Of a stretch of DNA of 56,303 bases, positions 1 through 12,000 are shown one piece after another. Where the stretch lies: IMG/VR virus record IMGVR_UViG_3300032216_001772, positions 1 to 56,303 of that record; one strand, 5' to 3'. Source of the stretch: a virus (lineage: Duplodnaviria > Caudoviricetes). The notes below the pieces were generated by a model. The model worked only from the letters and a program-made list of their open reading frames with translations. It ran no database searches and was not told where the DNA came from. The position numbers and the translations under genes are program-made. The first letter of the stretch is position 1, and each line of letters opens with the position of its first letter.

Positions 1-144
1 CTCTGTTGCAATGCTGCTAGAAAAATATCTTGACTTAAAAACAATAGGATTTTTTCCACCTAAATCTATCAATTCAATTTTATCTATATTGTTTTTACTA
101 GGTAACTCTGACTCAGGAATCCTAATTGTTTTTTTTATTGCCAT
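1..144 (-). CDS. Hypothetical virion protein, 5' part only (runs off window start)
   Basis: ATG at 144 overlaps the stop of the upstream gene (TAATG); reads MAIKKTIRIPESELPSKNNIDKIELID with no stop before base 1. Confidence 0.65.
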   Translation of the reverse strand, partial: MAIKKTIRIPESELPSKNNIDKIELIDLGGKNPIVFKSRYFSSSIATE

Positions 145-1808
145 TAAATAATATTCCCCTTAACAGTGTTTGTTAAACCAATGTTAAAATTAAACTCTAT
201 ATAGTTTTTGCTGTTTGTATTTTTAAACAATAAAGATTTGTTTTCAAAATTTATTGGAGAATAAGCTGTTAGTCCATATAAAGGATTTCCAGTTTTTGGA
301 TTATCTAATAAAACATTTTCAAATCTTACGCCATCAAGCATTACATAAAATTTATTAGAAGTTGTTTGATCTACACTATAAAGACCAACAATACTTCCTT
401 CAGTTATTACACCAGAAGAAATTATTGTTATTGCACCAGCGGCAGTAGACTCTATAGTTACATCTTCTGTTCCAAGATTTCCACCATCATTAAAAGAACA
501 TACATATTGTCCTTTAGCAAATGATGATGAATTAGATGTTTGAATTGTTGCAATATATTTATTTCCAACATAGCTTACAGGTCCAATTGTAAGAGTATTT
601 GAATCTATAACAGTGGTTCCATATACACTAGCTGAGACTTTAGCAAGTTTTACATTTTTCCAAGAAAAATTAGTACTTGATTTTGTTAATTCTGATATTT
701 TTTTAGAAATAACAACATATCTATTTTTGGTAAAATTGTTTGTTCCATTAAAAGCTATTGATGCATCTAATTTAATATTTTCATATTGAGTATTTGGTAA
801 ATTACCTTCAGTTGTAGCAAATTCTAAAGTTATTTTTACAAGTCCAGGTTGAGCAACTGTTATATTTTTATTACCACTTGCAGCACCTTCTTTATTTATA
901 ACTGAAAATGCAAGTCTTAGTTCATTAACTGATTCACTTGTACCAGAAAGACTTGACAGATCTATTCCATTAATATGAATATGATTAGCAGAGTCTCCAC
1001 GAATTAAAATTGAGCTATTTGCATTCCTACAATCTTCATACCTTGATTTTCTGTCATCATTTGAAAATATTTTATTGTTAATTGTAGTTGCAAAAATATC
1101 TGATACCCCATTAATTCCTCCAACAGTAAAACTGTCTTTAATAATATTGTCAGAGTCAGTATCTAGCGGTGACGATATAGGCAATAAAACTGTAGAGTTT
1201 GTAGAAGTATCATTATGATATTCCCAATTTTCTGTTTGATTAAAAGAAAACAACATTTTACTATTTTGAGATCCTGCAGACGGATTAGAGCTTGATGGAT
1301 AAATTCCTATTTCGCTTATGTTATAAATATTTTGTGATGGCAACTCTGCTAACATAGAAATTGTTGTCGCTCCAAGTTCGTTAGTTGTAGAGCTTCTACT
1401 TATAATTGGTACTCTAAACATTTCAAAATCTAAAGACATTTTATTTGAATTATCAATATTTACAGATGCAATAGCAGCAACAGAACTTGGAGATGTACCA
1501 TCAGAAACATTTGAAGAAACAATTAAAAATGAAAATTTTCTTTTATCTGAAGTAATGCTTGTTATAATATACGTTCCGTCAATGCTTTGTGAAACACCTG
1601 TAACAGTAACAATGTCTCCAACTATAAAATTATGAGTCGTTAGTGTAGTCATTGTTGCAACATTGTTTAAAACTTTATAAGAACTAATTTGAATATCATT
1701 TTTGTGTTGTGGTATTGGACCACAACCCAGTGCAATATAAGAAGCATAGCTTTGCGTCTGACCAAGAAGGTACTTAGTCAAAATATCTTTTCCTGTTTTT
1801 GTAATCAT
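144..1808 (-). CDS. Tail tip/baseplate structural protein
   Basis: 554-aa ORF downstream of the tape measure and tail-tip genes; N-terminus MITKTGKDILTKYL..YIALGCG; THNFIVGDIVTVTGV beta-rich insert. Confidence 0.7.
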   Translation of the reverse strand: MITKTGKDILTKYLLGQTQSYASYIALGCGPIPQHKNDIQISSYKVLNNVATMTTLTTHNFIVGDIVTVTGVSQSIDGTYIITSITSDKRKFSFLIVSSNVSDGTSPSSVAAIASVNIDNSNKMSLDFEMFRVPIISRSSTTNELGATTISMLAELPSQNIYNISEIGIYPSSSNPSAGSQNSKMLFSFNQTENWEYHNDTSTNSTVLLPISSPLDTDSDNIIKDSFTVGGINGVSDIFATTINNKIFSNDDRKSRYEDCRNANSSILIRGDSANHIHINGIDLSSLSGTSESVNELRLAFSVINKEGAASGNKNITVAQPGLVKITLEFATTEGNLPNTQYENIKLDASIAFNGTNNFTKNRYVVISKKISELTKSSTNFSWKNVKLAKVSASVYGTTVIDSNTLTIGPVSYVGNKYIATIQTSNSSSFAKGQYVCSFNDGGNLGTEDVTIESTAAGAITIISSGVITEGSIVGLYSVDQTTSNKFYVMLDGVRFENVLLDNPKTGNPLYGLTAYSPINFENKSLLFKNTNSKNYIEFNFNIGLTNTVKGNII

Positions 1809-1857
1809 TGTTCTTCTATTATACTACAAGTGTCCCGTGCATTATTTTATTTTAAAG

Positions 1858-2712
1858 TTAAAGTATGTATTTAGCATCATAATTATTTTTAGAACTATTT
1901 GAAATATTTTCTGCATCCCAAATTTCTAACTCTACAGTTACCTGGTCAGAAACATTTCCTATTTCTATAACTAAATCTCCAGTTTCAAGATCAACATAAG
2001 CAATATTTGGTTGTTGATATTCATAGGTTTTATATACATATTTTTCAATTACAAAAGTAGTTGGAGTTGGAACGCTATATACATAATTTTGTCCAGAAGT
2101 AATTTGATCTGCACTAGTATTAAAAATATCTGGATTAATTTCATAAATTTTAACGTAAGATCTATCTTGAGCAGTTTCTCCTGTTGGTCCCGAAAGTCCA
2201 TGAGGGGCAGATGTTGTGTACAAAATCTTGGCATTTAATAATTGATAGTCTGGACTTTCTGGTGTAGTTAAAACTTCTTCATAACTATAAGCATCTATAA
2301 TATTAAAAACAGTATCTTCAAAAACAACATACCCTGAATTATTTATCCTATATTCATCTACCTCAAAATCACTTAATTTAATTTGAAAAGAATTAAAATA
2401 CGGATCTGATGCATCTGGAACAGTTAAAATAGTTGTAGGGTTATAGTCTTTATAAATGTTTTGCAAATCTTGAATATTTTGATTTTCTATTTGTTCTTCA
2501 CCGACAAGATCCATTCTAGACATATTCAATATTTCTTCTCCACCAATATCTTGAAATATCAAAGTTTCCATTGCATCAATTGGAACAGCAGATTCTTTTA
2601 ATGGAAGAATTAAATCTGGAGTTGCAATTTTTACATCAGCTGATGGTTTTGTTATAGTTACCGCTTGTGGAATATGAATTGGTATTGGTGATGGTGCTGG
2701 AGTGCTTGTCAT
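1858..2712 (-). CDS. Minor tail/virion structural protein
   Basis: 284-aa ORF tightly coupled to the large tail-tip gene. Confidence 0.65.
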   Translation of the reverse strand: MTSTPAPSPIPIHIPQAVTITKPSADVKIATPDLILPLKESAVPIDAMETLIFQDIGGEEILNMSRMDLVGEEQIENQNIQDLQNIYKDYNPTTILTVPDASDPYFNSFQIKLSDFEVDEYRINNSGYVVFEDTVFNIIDAYSYEEVLTTPESPDYQLLNAKILYTTSAPHGLSGPTGETAQDRSYVKIYEINPDIFNTSADQITSGQNYVYSVPTPTTFVIEKYVYKTYEYQQPNIAYVDLETGDLVIEIGNVSDQVTVELEIWDAENISNSSKNNYDAKYIL

Positions 2713-2713
2713 G

Positions 2714-5700
2714 TTATCCTACCTCACTTAAATAAACTGTCATTGTTGGTCCGTTTAATCCTCTATCATATTGAATACTATAAACAACAAACCTTGTTGA
2801 AGAATCTGAAATTTGATTAATGTTATCATTCTTATAATCTATTGTAACAATATCTCCAAGTTGAAGTGTTGGTGTTGCAAAAATTTCAACTGCCACCGAT
2901 TTTCTTGGCTTAGTAATTTTTGATATCATCCATTCCATAATATTGTTTGCACTGTCTTGATTTTGAATATAATTTGATTGTAAAGTAAATTCTTTTTTCC
3001 CATAGGTTGCTCTGCTATTTTTAATATCTTGAAATGTTTGTTTTGCAATTCCTGCTCCAGCAAGAGTTTGCTGATCACCAATTTGAATTTCACTAAAATC
3101 ACTTATATTGGTAAAATATTCATCAACAGTGAAATCATTTTGAGACTGTTGCGTAAATGTAACCCCTTGAATTCTTAAATAGTTTCCAGTAGTTTCGTCA
3201 AGACTTAAAACGGTATCTGTATTATTAAACACTAAAAACTCTGCACCATAAGATCCTGCTATAAATCCAGAAACAGTATATCCACGAATATTGTTAAATG
3301 TTGGAGAAAGTTTTGCATAAAGTGCAGGGTATGCTTTGTCATATTTAACATTAAAGTACGCAGCTTCTCTCATAATAGTTCCAAATTCATCAAAATAAAG
3401 TTTATAAGATGGTGAACCTATTGAGCCAATTCCAGATAAATACCTGGATTTTATTATTCCACTCATAGCATATTTTGTAAACGCTTCGTTTGTTGTAATA
3501 TCATCATCACCAAATACTGAAGGAACGATGTTTTTGTCTTTGCTATTTGCAAACATTGTATTTGATGTATTTTGACTATAGTCATCGACCATTGCATAAA
3601 CATTTTCAAACATTGCTTTAGATGATCCTCTAACAAATAATGCCAGATTATTATAATTTGGTAATGGGTTTTCATCATCTACAGTACCAACAAGTCTATT
3701 GTTTAGATAAATAAAAAATCTTCTTGTTTTGCCTATATCTATATATTCTACCGCTATATCATATACCGTTGGATTTTGTTCTGCAAAATTTCTTCCTTGT
3801 CCAGTAAATAAACCATCATCACAAAGGAATGGATACGTTGCTCCCCAAAGTTTAGTTGGAATTGCACTTGCAGAATTAGTAGAACCATCCTCTTTATTTA
3901 ATTTATAAAAAATTATATTATTAATACTACTTGAATTTTTGTATTGTCCAACATTTGATTCTGTTAAAGTTATCATTTCTAAATAGTATCCACTATTTGT
4001 TTCTGGATTTACCATAATTGCAATTCCACCACTGCCGCCTCCGACTGTAATAGTTTTATCAGTATTATCTAAAAATGTATAATAGTCTGTACTTCCAATG
4101 GGGTATTGTTTTGGATCTGTAGAGTTTTTATTTGCAACATTTACACTTCCTATCATTCTCATTCTTGTACCAAAATGTTTATATGAATTGTTCATTTTTT
4201 TGTATACATAAGATAAAAAGCTTTTTGGATCAATTGTTAAATCAAACTGCGGTCCTTGAAATACAAAAGCAGATGATTGTACTGTTCCTGGTTTTAAATA
4301 TGTTGGTTCTTTTTCATCAGTATATGCGGAACTCAAAAAGTTTTTAATTAATCCAGTTCTTGTTGACTTTTTTGCTAAATTTATGTAAGAAGAATCATAG
4401 CCTCTTGGAGAAATCCCATTTTTTTCAACAATATTTATTTTATCAGTAATTAAAATTTCATTTATTATTGGCAAACTAGTTTCTGGATCTATATAATCTT
4501 TTAATAAAAGTTCGTCAACTTTTTGATTTAAAGTAATTACATCTGGATTTTCTGTATAAGAAGATAATGCAATAGACGAAACTTTTGTTAATTCACGAAT
4601 TTTTCCAGTACCAGAATAAAGACTTACATATTGACCAACACGAATACCACTTGCATCAGGAACAATAATTTGTTTATCTGTATTTTCTTTTGAGTCATAA
4701 GTTTTTAATGTATGAATACCAGCACTGTTGCCATATAACTGAATTAAACCTGAATCGTCATTTGTTGTTGAAATTGTAAAGGTATTGTGATCAATAATTT
4801 GACGAACATAATATGTTGTAGACTTTATAAGTGGACTAGGAAGTACTCCATCTGTAGTAAAATTAATTGTTTTATTTATAGACAATCTATGAGATTCAAC
4901 AGTTATTCTGCTAGTCCTAGATGCTGTATAAAAATTATTAGATTCTGTTTGTGCAAGTGATTCAGCGGCATTATCTACACATATATCTGTAACTGTACCG
5001 TTTGTAAACGGTAAATCAGATGATAAACCTACGGAACCTCCTGATACCAATCCAGAAAAAACTTTAGAATTTGGAAAAGATCCTGTTCCAGACACAGCTG
5101 TTAATGTTTCATATTTAAGTCCAATAAGTTGACTAAAACCACCAGCAGAAGCTGTTAAAGTTGCAGTATAATATCCATTTGAGTCTGGAGAACTTGTTGC
5201 ATTAGAAATAGTTCCCAAACTAACATAAGAACCTTTTACTGCACTTCCTCCCAATGTTTCTGAAATTGTAATACTTTTACTACTTAATTTTTCTTTTACA
5301 TAATATTTTTTACCACTTTTAAATCCATTACCAGTTATACCTGCAGCATCTGAAATATAAAAATAACCAATTGGAATTGGAATATAAATTATATCTCCAG
5401 TTGCTAGATCTACGTCATATTTTGATGAAAGAATCATAGTAGGAGTATGGCTTGCATAAAAAGAAAAGCTTGTTGCATTTTCTCCTTGAATATTAAATAT
5501 ATAATTTCCATTAGTTGCATTAGTCACAAGTGTACCTTGTATTGATGTAATTTGAAATATATCTTTATACCCTGCCGTTAAAGGATCACTGTAAAGTTGA
5601 ATTTTATAAACATCAGTAGTTGTAACAGGAGAACCACTAGGAACTGATGAAAAAATAATTGTATCTCCATTAGAAAGTCCATGATTTGCAAAAGTAAATT

Positions 5701-8386
5701 TTGTATTTCCTGTTACTACAGCTGTACCTTGTAGTTTATTATTTATTTCAAGTGTTGCTGGACCCCTGGAATCTGTTTCAGAATATACATTTGAAATAAT
5801 ATTTTCTGGTTGTTTTGAAAAAAGAAGATTTGATTTCATTACTGTTCCACGAACATTATTATTATCTGACCAATAACTATCTAAACCAGCTTTATGATGA
5901 ATAATAGGTGTTCCAAATTGACCACGACCATGTTTCATAACAGCACCATTTTTAAGAACAGTTTGACCTCCAACAATTTCATAGTTTGGTTCAGCAAAAA
6001 TTCTTACAAGACCTGTAGCATAAATTTTGCCATTAAATGGCACTTTTGAAAAGTAATATTGATAATCTTTTATGCTATTAATCCAAACATTTCCAATACC
6101 AGATATGTTGTATTCAACAGCATCATATTTAATTATTTCTCCATTTGCAAAAAAGTATCCATTATATCTAGCCATCCATTGAATAGCTTCTCCAAGATCC
6201 ATTGTATTGTTTATAATGACATTAGAACTTACAGATGGAATAGTCGCAGGGAGGTCTGATTTAAGTGGTATGGCTGTAAGAGCATACGAAGACTGTGTAC
6301 CAGATTCATCGTTTTTAGATTTTGTTGCTGCACTTCCAGATACTTCCCAAAGTAGTGCTGGCTTATATACCCAAGTTTTTTCATCATCTAAAACATTGGC
6401 TTGTTTTATTGAACCATAAGATCTTTGAATATATCTTGTATTATAACGAATTACTCCATCATTAAAAATATTATTTGTTGTAGAACTAATACTAATAATA
6501 TTTTCAAGTGCTCCTGAAGACTGTTTATTTTCATTAACTCCATCATCGGACTGCTTACTTGTTCCATAAAGAACAAGGTCTGTATTTCTTTCTGTTAGTG
6601 ATGGCATTATATAATTTTTACTCATTATAATAAAATTATTATTTTCATCAAAGAACATTGCACTTTGAATTGATACTGCTATATCTTGTAAAACTTCTGC
6701 AACGCTTTTATCTGGTCCCACAAAAAAATGTGGAATTATAATATCTGATTCTCCTGGTACATTTTTAAATATATAATTAGAAAATCCAATAGAATCAAGA
6801 AGGAGAGATATTGCTGTGGTTGATGAAACATTTTCCATTAATAACTGTGGAGCAGTTGTTGAATCAAAATAAAACAAAAGATCTTTTAATTTTACAGAAA
6901 CTGATCTTGCATTTCTATCTTGGGAAATTGGCTCATCTACATACAAACTTTTAATTGGTACATAATGTTTTTTGTTGTCTGGTGTAGTAATTACATCATA
7001 AATTTTAACTTGAAACTTATTAATTGTTTTATTATTAATAATACTGTTTACATTATTTTTATTGAATGCATCCTGGTAATCAAACAGGGTCATTGATCCT
7101 GTACCAGCAATAAGTTGCCCTACTGGGATTCCACTTACACCAATATCTGATGCAGTTTTTGTCACACTAACATTTTCTACAATATCAGAAATATCTACAT
7201 TAAGTCTAGGTGAAAGTTCAATAAGATCAAATGTACTTTCATTTTTATTCATTTTAGTTACAACAAGTCTTAAACCTTTTATATATTGAATTTCTCTATA
7301 AATTGTTTGTGAACTTTCTATATATGATGGGCTGTCAACTAGTGCAAAGGTAGTTCCATTAGTTGTAATAGAGTTTTCATCATATATGTCCCATCCATAA
7401 GTTGGGGTAATGTTTATATACTCAGTACCCGACCAAATACGAATAGTACCTTTATCTGTTGAAGATGTTTTAATAAGATATGCATCTCCAATATTGCTAT
7501 CTAAAGGAAGTGCCTCTACTGAACTAACTTCTCCTAACAATTTAAAGCTATTTTTATATGTTGAAGGAATGTTTGTTATTCCATAAAATAATTCAAGGTA
7601 TCCATCCGAATTAATAACGTCAGCAGACGTAATTGTTTTCATGTCTATCCAACTATTTGAAGAATTAAGATATTGAATTTTCCAATTAGATGGAACTGTT
7701 TTATTTTCATTACCATAAAATGGATCATCAAATGATGAATATGTATTTGCAAATGGTCCAAGATTAATTTCTCCAACATTAGTTTGCATTTTTACAACAA
7801 CACGGTTTGCTGGAACAGACTCTTTATAAACTATAAATGGAACAGCATCATCTATATAATACTGACCTCCAGATTTTTTGTAAGATATTCCTCGCTCTGT
7901 TTGTGTTTTAGATTTAACTTCTTTTCTATAAGATGTCCAATACTTAAACTTGTCTGTTTTTGTTGCTATGTAATACCTTGGCCTTTTTGCCAAACTATCA
8001 TTAGAAAAATGACTAAAGTTAAAATCAAAATATCTAAGTTTATTAATACCAGATCTTGGACGGAATCTATTAAAACAATCTTCTAATGAATATAAAAATC
8101 TTTCTTTTTCTTCTTTTGAAATAAAAGAAATTGGAACATTACTGTCACTTAAACCACCATCAACAAGAACATCAGAGTATGTCATATTAGTATAAAGACC
8201 ATCTGCATCTTTTGAATCATAAGTGTTTGTTAAATATGTAATTGACGAAGTTGGACGGTATTTATAATTACCAATTCTTGCAATGTTTTCAGTTATATTA
8301 AGATTCCATTCTGTAATAACTGCAGCATTACTTTGAATACTTGGAGAAGATTCTAAATGTGTTTTTAAAGCTGAGTCTTGATACAT
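2714..8386 (-). CDS. Large minor tail protein (tail tip/baseplate hub-like), ~1890 aa
   Basis: Second gene after tape measure; start placed at MYQDSAL (8386) by TAATG overlap with the upstream stop; C-terminus PTLQLGDIVTI...FVVYSIQY is typical of hub/central-fibre proteins. Confidence 0.75.
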   Translation of the reverse strand: MYQDSALKTHLESSPSIQSNAAVITEWNLNITENIARIGNYKYRPTSSITYLTNTYDSKDADGLYTNMTYSDVLVDGGLSDSNVPISFISKEEKERFLYSLEDCFNRFRPRSGINKLRYFDFNFSHFSNDSLAKRPRYYIATKTDKFKYWTSYRKEVKSKTQTERGISYKKSGGQYYIDDAVPFIVYKESVPANRVVVKMQTNVGEINLGPFANTYSSFDDPFYGNENKTVPSNWKIQYLNSSNSWIDMKTITSADVINSDGYLELFYGITNIPSTYKNSFKLLGEVSSVEALPLDSNIGDAYLIKTSSTDKGTIRIWSGTEYINITPTYGWDIYDENSITTNGTTFALVDSPSYIESSQTIYREIQYIKGLRLVVTKMNKNESTFDLIELSPRLNVDISDIVENVSVTKTASDIGVSGIPVGQLIAGTGSMTLFDYQDAFNKNNVNSIINNKTINKFQVKIYDVITTPDNKKHYVPIKSLYVDEPISQDRNARSVSVKLKDLLFYFDSTTAPQLLMENVSSTTAISLLLDSIGFSNYIFKNVPGESDIIIPHFFVGPDKSVAEVLQDIAVSIQSAMFFDENNNFIIMSKNYIMPSLTERNTDLVLYGTSKQSDDGVNENKQSSGALENIISISSTTNNIFNDGVIRYNTRYIQRSYGSIKQANVLDDEKTWVYKPALLWEVSGSAATKSKNDESGTQSSYALTAIPLKSDLPATIPSVSSNVIINNTMDLGEAIQWMARYNGYFFANGEIIKYDAVEYNISGIGNVWINSIKDYQYYFSKVPFNGKIYATGLVRIFAEPNYEIVGGQTVLKNGAVMKHGRGQFGTPIIHHKAGLDSYWSDNNNVRGTVMKSNLLFSKQPENIISNVYSETDSRGPATLEINNKLQGTAVVTGNTKFTFANHGLSNGDTIIFSSVPSGSPVTTTDVYKIQLYSDPLTAGYKDIFQITSIQGTLVTNATNGNYIFNIQGENATSFSFYASHTPTMILSSKYDVDLATGDIIYIPIPIGYFYISDAAGITGNGFKSGKKYYVKEKLSSKSITISETLGGSAVKGSYVSLGTISNATSSPDSNGYYTATLTASAGGFSQLIGLKYETLTAVSGTGSFPNSKVFSGLVSGGSVGLSSDLPFTNGTVTDICVDNAAESLAQTESNNFYTASRTSRITVESHRLSINKTINFTTDGVLPSPLIKSTTYYVRQIIDHNTFTISTTNDDSGLIQLYGNSAGIHTLKTYDSKENTDKQIIVPDASGIRVGQYVSLYSGTGKIRELTKVSSIALSSYTENPDVITLNQKVDELLLKDYIDPETSLPIINEILITDKINIVEKNGISPRGYDSSYINLAKKSTRTGLIKNFLSSAYTDEKEPTYLKPGTVQSSAFVFQGPQFDLTIDPKSFLSYVYKKMNNSYKHFGTRMRMIGSVNVANKNSTDPKQYPIGSTDYYTFLDNTDKTITVGGGSGGIAIMVNPETNSGYYLEMITLTESNVGQYKNSSSINNIIFYKLNKEDGSTNSASAIPTKLWGATYPFLCDDGLFTGQGRNFAEQNPTVYDIAVEYIDIGKTRRFFIYLNNRLVGTVDDENPLPNYNNLALFVRGSSKAMFENVYAMVDDYSQNTSNTMFANSKDKNIVPSVFGDDDITTNEAFTKYAMSGIIKSRYLSGIGSIGSPSYKLYFDEFGTIMREAAYFNVKYDKAYPALYAKLSPTFNNIRGYTVSGFIAGSYGAEFLVFNNTDTVLSLDETTGNYLRIQGVTFTQQSQNDFTVDEYFTNISDFSEIQIGDQQTLAGAGIAKQTFQDIKNSRATYGKKEFTLQSNYIQNQDSANNIMEWMISKITKPRKSVAVEIFATPTLQLGDIVTIDYKNDNINQISDSSTRFVVYSIQYDRGLNGPTMTVYLSEVG

Positions 8387-9039
8387 TATGCCTCTTCCAG
8401 TGCAAGAGATACCGTCCAATAATCATGAAGGGAATTTCCACGTTTTGTAATATTATAGCTAAAACTAGAAAAGAAAACTTCCATTACCTGGTTATACCTT
8501 CCTAATTTATTATACTCAGTTCCATCTTGAGCAAAATTTGAGTATTTATCATATGCTAAATATACCCAAAAAGATCCTGTGTATTTTTCATACCATTTTA
8601 AAATATCTACTCCCCCAGCACCACCATCAGTTGTATAGTTATATGCATCTACTGTTATTGAATTATTATCTACATCTAAAATTGTTCGTGTTCCTGTAGG
8701 TTTTCCTGTTGTTAAACTAAACTCTGGATCTGTATCAAATGCTCTTGATGGAAGCATTTCCCATGAGGTAGAAATTGTAAGCTTGTCTGCTACATGATAT
8801 GAACGCATTCTTCCATTAACAGTTCTTTTTCTTTCTTCAATTCTTGTAGATTGAATATCAATATTTTGTCTGTTATCATCAGAAAGTATTATAAATTCGT
8901 CTCCATTAAGATCTTCAGATCCTTCATTGCCTAATGGAACATATTTACCATTTATAATAGTTCCTGGGTTATTGGCAAAAAGCAAGCCTTGTGGACGACC
9001 ATATTTTTGTCTGCCAGCCATGTAGTTGTTAGTTGCCAT
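8386..9039 (-). CDS. Minor tail protein (distal tail, Dit-like by position)
   Basis: 217 aa directly after tape measure; RTVNGRMRSYHVADK..SWEMLPSR, ends SLALEEA. Confidence 0.7.
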   Translation of the reverse strand: MATNNYMAGRQKYGRPQGLLFANNPGTIINGKYVPLGNEGSEDLNGDEFIILSDDNRQNIDIQSTRIEERKRTVNGRMRSYHVADKLTISTSWEMLPSRAFDTDPEFSLTTGKPTGTRTILDVDNNSITVDAYNYTTDGGAGGVDILKWYEKYTGSFWVYLAYDKYSNFAQDGTEYNKLGRYNQVMEVFFSSFSYNITKRGNSLHDYWTVSLALEEA

Positions 9040-12000
9040 TAAAATCTATTTCCCTTAACTCTTTGATAGTCAATGTCACGAATTTGCTTTACTACTGTTT
9101 GTGCAATATCATTAGGAGAAGATCCTGCTCCAGCAGTAACACTGATATTATAATTATACACTGGATCAGAACTATTATTAATGATTTTTGCTTCAGATCC
9201 TATACCGCCATTATTTATTCTTGCAAGATTACTTGCACCATAACTATCTACTGCAGGTTTGCTCATTACAAATTCTCCTGCGGTAAGCATAGCAGGAATT
9301 GTGTCTGTACCCTTTTTAGGCATATTTGGGAATCCGCCCTTTGCAAGATAGTTTTTGATCATTCCCCCATTATTCATGTATGAAACAATTCCACCATTTG
9401 AATATCCGTGCCAGTGATAAATCATATCATTAACTCTGTCTTGAATCCATTGATAGTCAGCACCGAGGGCAGTTACTCTTGCTGCACCATTGCCAAATTC
9501 TCCTTGTCTAACCCTCATAGCCATATTATTACGATATTCTTCTGTGTGATAGTCTGCAACAGGAGCTGGAGCAGGAGCAGGAGCAGGTGTGGGCATAGAT
9601 CCAACAGCAGGAACAACACCAGTAGCAAGAGCATTTCCTAATGTAGTTGCAATACTAAGAGCTTCTCGCATTGCATCCTGGAATTCTTTTGTTTTTGTAT
9701 TAGCAAGTTCAAGACTTGTATTAATTGCATCCCATTCATCTTTTGTTTTTCCAAGAACTGTAAGAGCATCAATCTGATCTTGTTGCATTCTATCAAGAAG
9801 TTCCATTTGACGTTGTGCTGGTTCAATTCTTTGTTCTTCAATTTCAAGTACTTGTGCTTTTAGGTCACGAATTTTTTCTTCAATTTGATCTCTTGTAAGA
9901 CCAGATGTTCCAGTAAGAGAATCAATTTCTGATTTTCTTCCCTGATCTAAAAGATTTTTTTGATCTGCAAGCGATGATGTTGCATCTTGACTACGCATAT
10001 CTTGTGCTGCTTTAGCAGCTGCTGCAATATCACCTTGTGTTAATGCTTCTGCAAGTCCAATTTGTGATTTTTGTTGAGCAATAATTCTGTCATTAATTTT
10101 AGAAACTTCATCAAGAGCTTTAATTTTTTCATCATAAGCTTTGTTAATTTCAAATTCTTTATTGGATATTCTTTGAAGATCTGCATCTAAATCGTCAAGT
10201 CCACCAGGTTTATTTTGAATATCTTCAATTGCTCTCTTACCTGCTTCAACAATATCCTTAAAAGGATTTGACTGAACTTTAAATTTAATTTCAATAGCAT
10301 TTTGTTGTGCTGAGAATGCTTGCATGGCATTATCCAGACCCTTTTTCCAAATGTCTTGAAGTCCAGGAATTGTAACTTTCTTAATATTAAATTCATAAGT
10401 ACTTGCATTTTGTGCATCAAGTAGTGCTTTATTAAGTGTTGCTTGATCAAATGTTGGATTCATGTAGAGTCTAGCAGCATCTGCGTTTTCAAGAAGGAAT
10501 CGCTTTTGAATATCTGTAAGTGTATTGTCTGCTGCCAACTTAGCTGCAAGATCATTTTTTTCTTTAATATCTAATGCAGCACTTGCAGCGTTTGTAGCTG
10601 CTGCTAAGTCTTTGGTAGCTTTTTCAGCTTCCCTGGTTTTGGCGGTAAGTTCAGCAAGTTGTGCAGCATTTGCACCATTAGCAATAAGAGCAGCATCTTC
10701 AGCATTAGAAGCAATAGCATATGCATCTGCAAGGCTTAGACCAGCTGCTACAAGTTTTCTAACTGCAGTTGTTTGATCATTGATTGCTGTAATACGTTTT
10801 TGTTGATCTGCAATAACATCTGTAATTGTTCTTGGAGCTTCTTGTTGACTACCGCCACCTCCGCCACCGCTGCTGTCGTAGTTGCCTCCATCACCGCCTC
10901 CAAAAGCTCCTGAAGCATTAAGGCTGTTTGTTATTTGTTGTGTTTGATCTGCTGCATATTGACCAACATATTGTTGCATCAAAGAGTGTGTATAACCAGT
11001 TGTTCTTGCATTTCCGAGCCTACCACTACCTGTACTAGTATTTGTAGCAATTTTATGACTTTTCATCCAAGCTGTTAATTGATCATCTGTTACGCTTGCA
11101 GAAACAGAAACAAAATATTGCAATGCAAATTTCTTTGCTTCTGCTGGTAATCCATTAAACCAGTTAGCATCAAACTTAGCATCTTCAAATCCTGCTGTTT
11201 TAGCAACAATTTCCATTGTGATTGGTCCTTTGGCAGCCATATTGTCAATTGCTTTATACGCTTTGGTTGCTTTGTCTATTTGTGCTTGTGCTTTCTTTGC
11301 AGCAGATGTTGCTTTACCACTTTTATCTGTTTCTTTTGATCTACCAATTAATGCAGCTCCTTCTCCATTTTTAGAATTTGTTACAAGTTTTGTATATGTA
11401 TCAAGTTTTGACGGATCAGCTTGAACTTCTAATGCTAAAGTTCTTACAACTTTTTCTTGTCCTGGACCAAAATTTCCCAAAAGCTGTGTTAATTCACCAG
11501 CAGCAGGACCTCCAAGTGTTGAAGTAATATTTGCAATTGCATCATATGTTGCTTGATTTCCATCTCCTCCTGGATCCATAAATTTTGTTAATTTTTCAAA
11601 TTGAACAACGTCAATATTTCCTGCTTGAATATTTGTTGAAAGTGTAAGCTGTGTTGCATTGGATAGTGCTTGAACTGTATCTGGAGTAGCATTTTGACCA
11701 GGCTTATTGGCTTGTTCAGCAGTAAGTTCTTTTCCATAACCATCTCTATATATAACTCTTGTTGCATTTAATTTTTCTTGAACATTTTTAGCAGCACCCT
11801 CATTTTGTGTTCCAGTGAACTGAGTTTTTAAAGCATCTCTTGACGCAGCAACAATTGCATTTTGATTTTGAATGTTTAATTGTTTCATCGAATCTACTTG
11901 ATCTTGAATAGCTTTATTATTTGCTTGAAGAGCAGTAGTTCTTTGATTTTGATATGTTGCATTTTCAGCTTCTATTCCTGCTAAATCTTCTACAGCTTGT

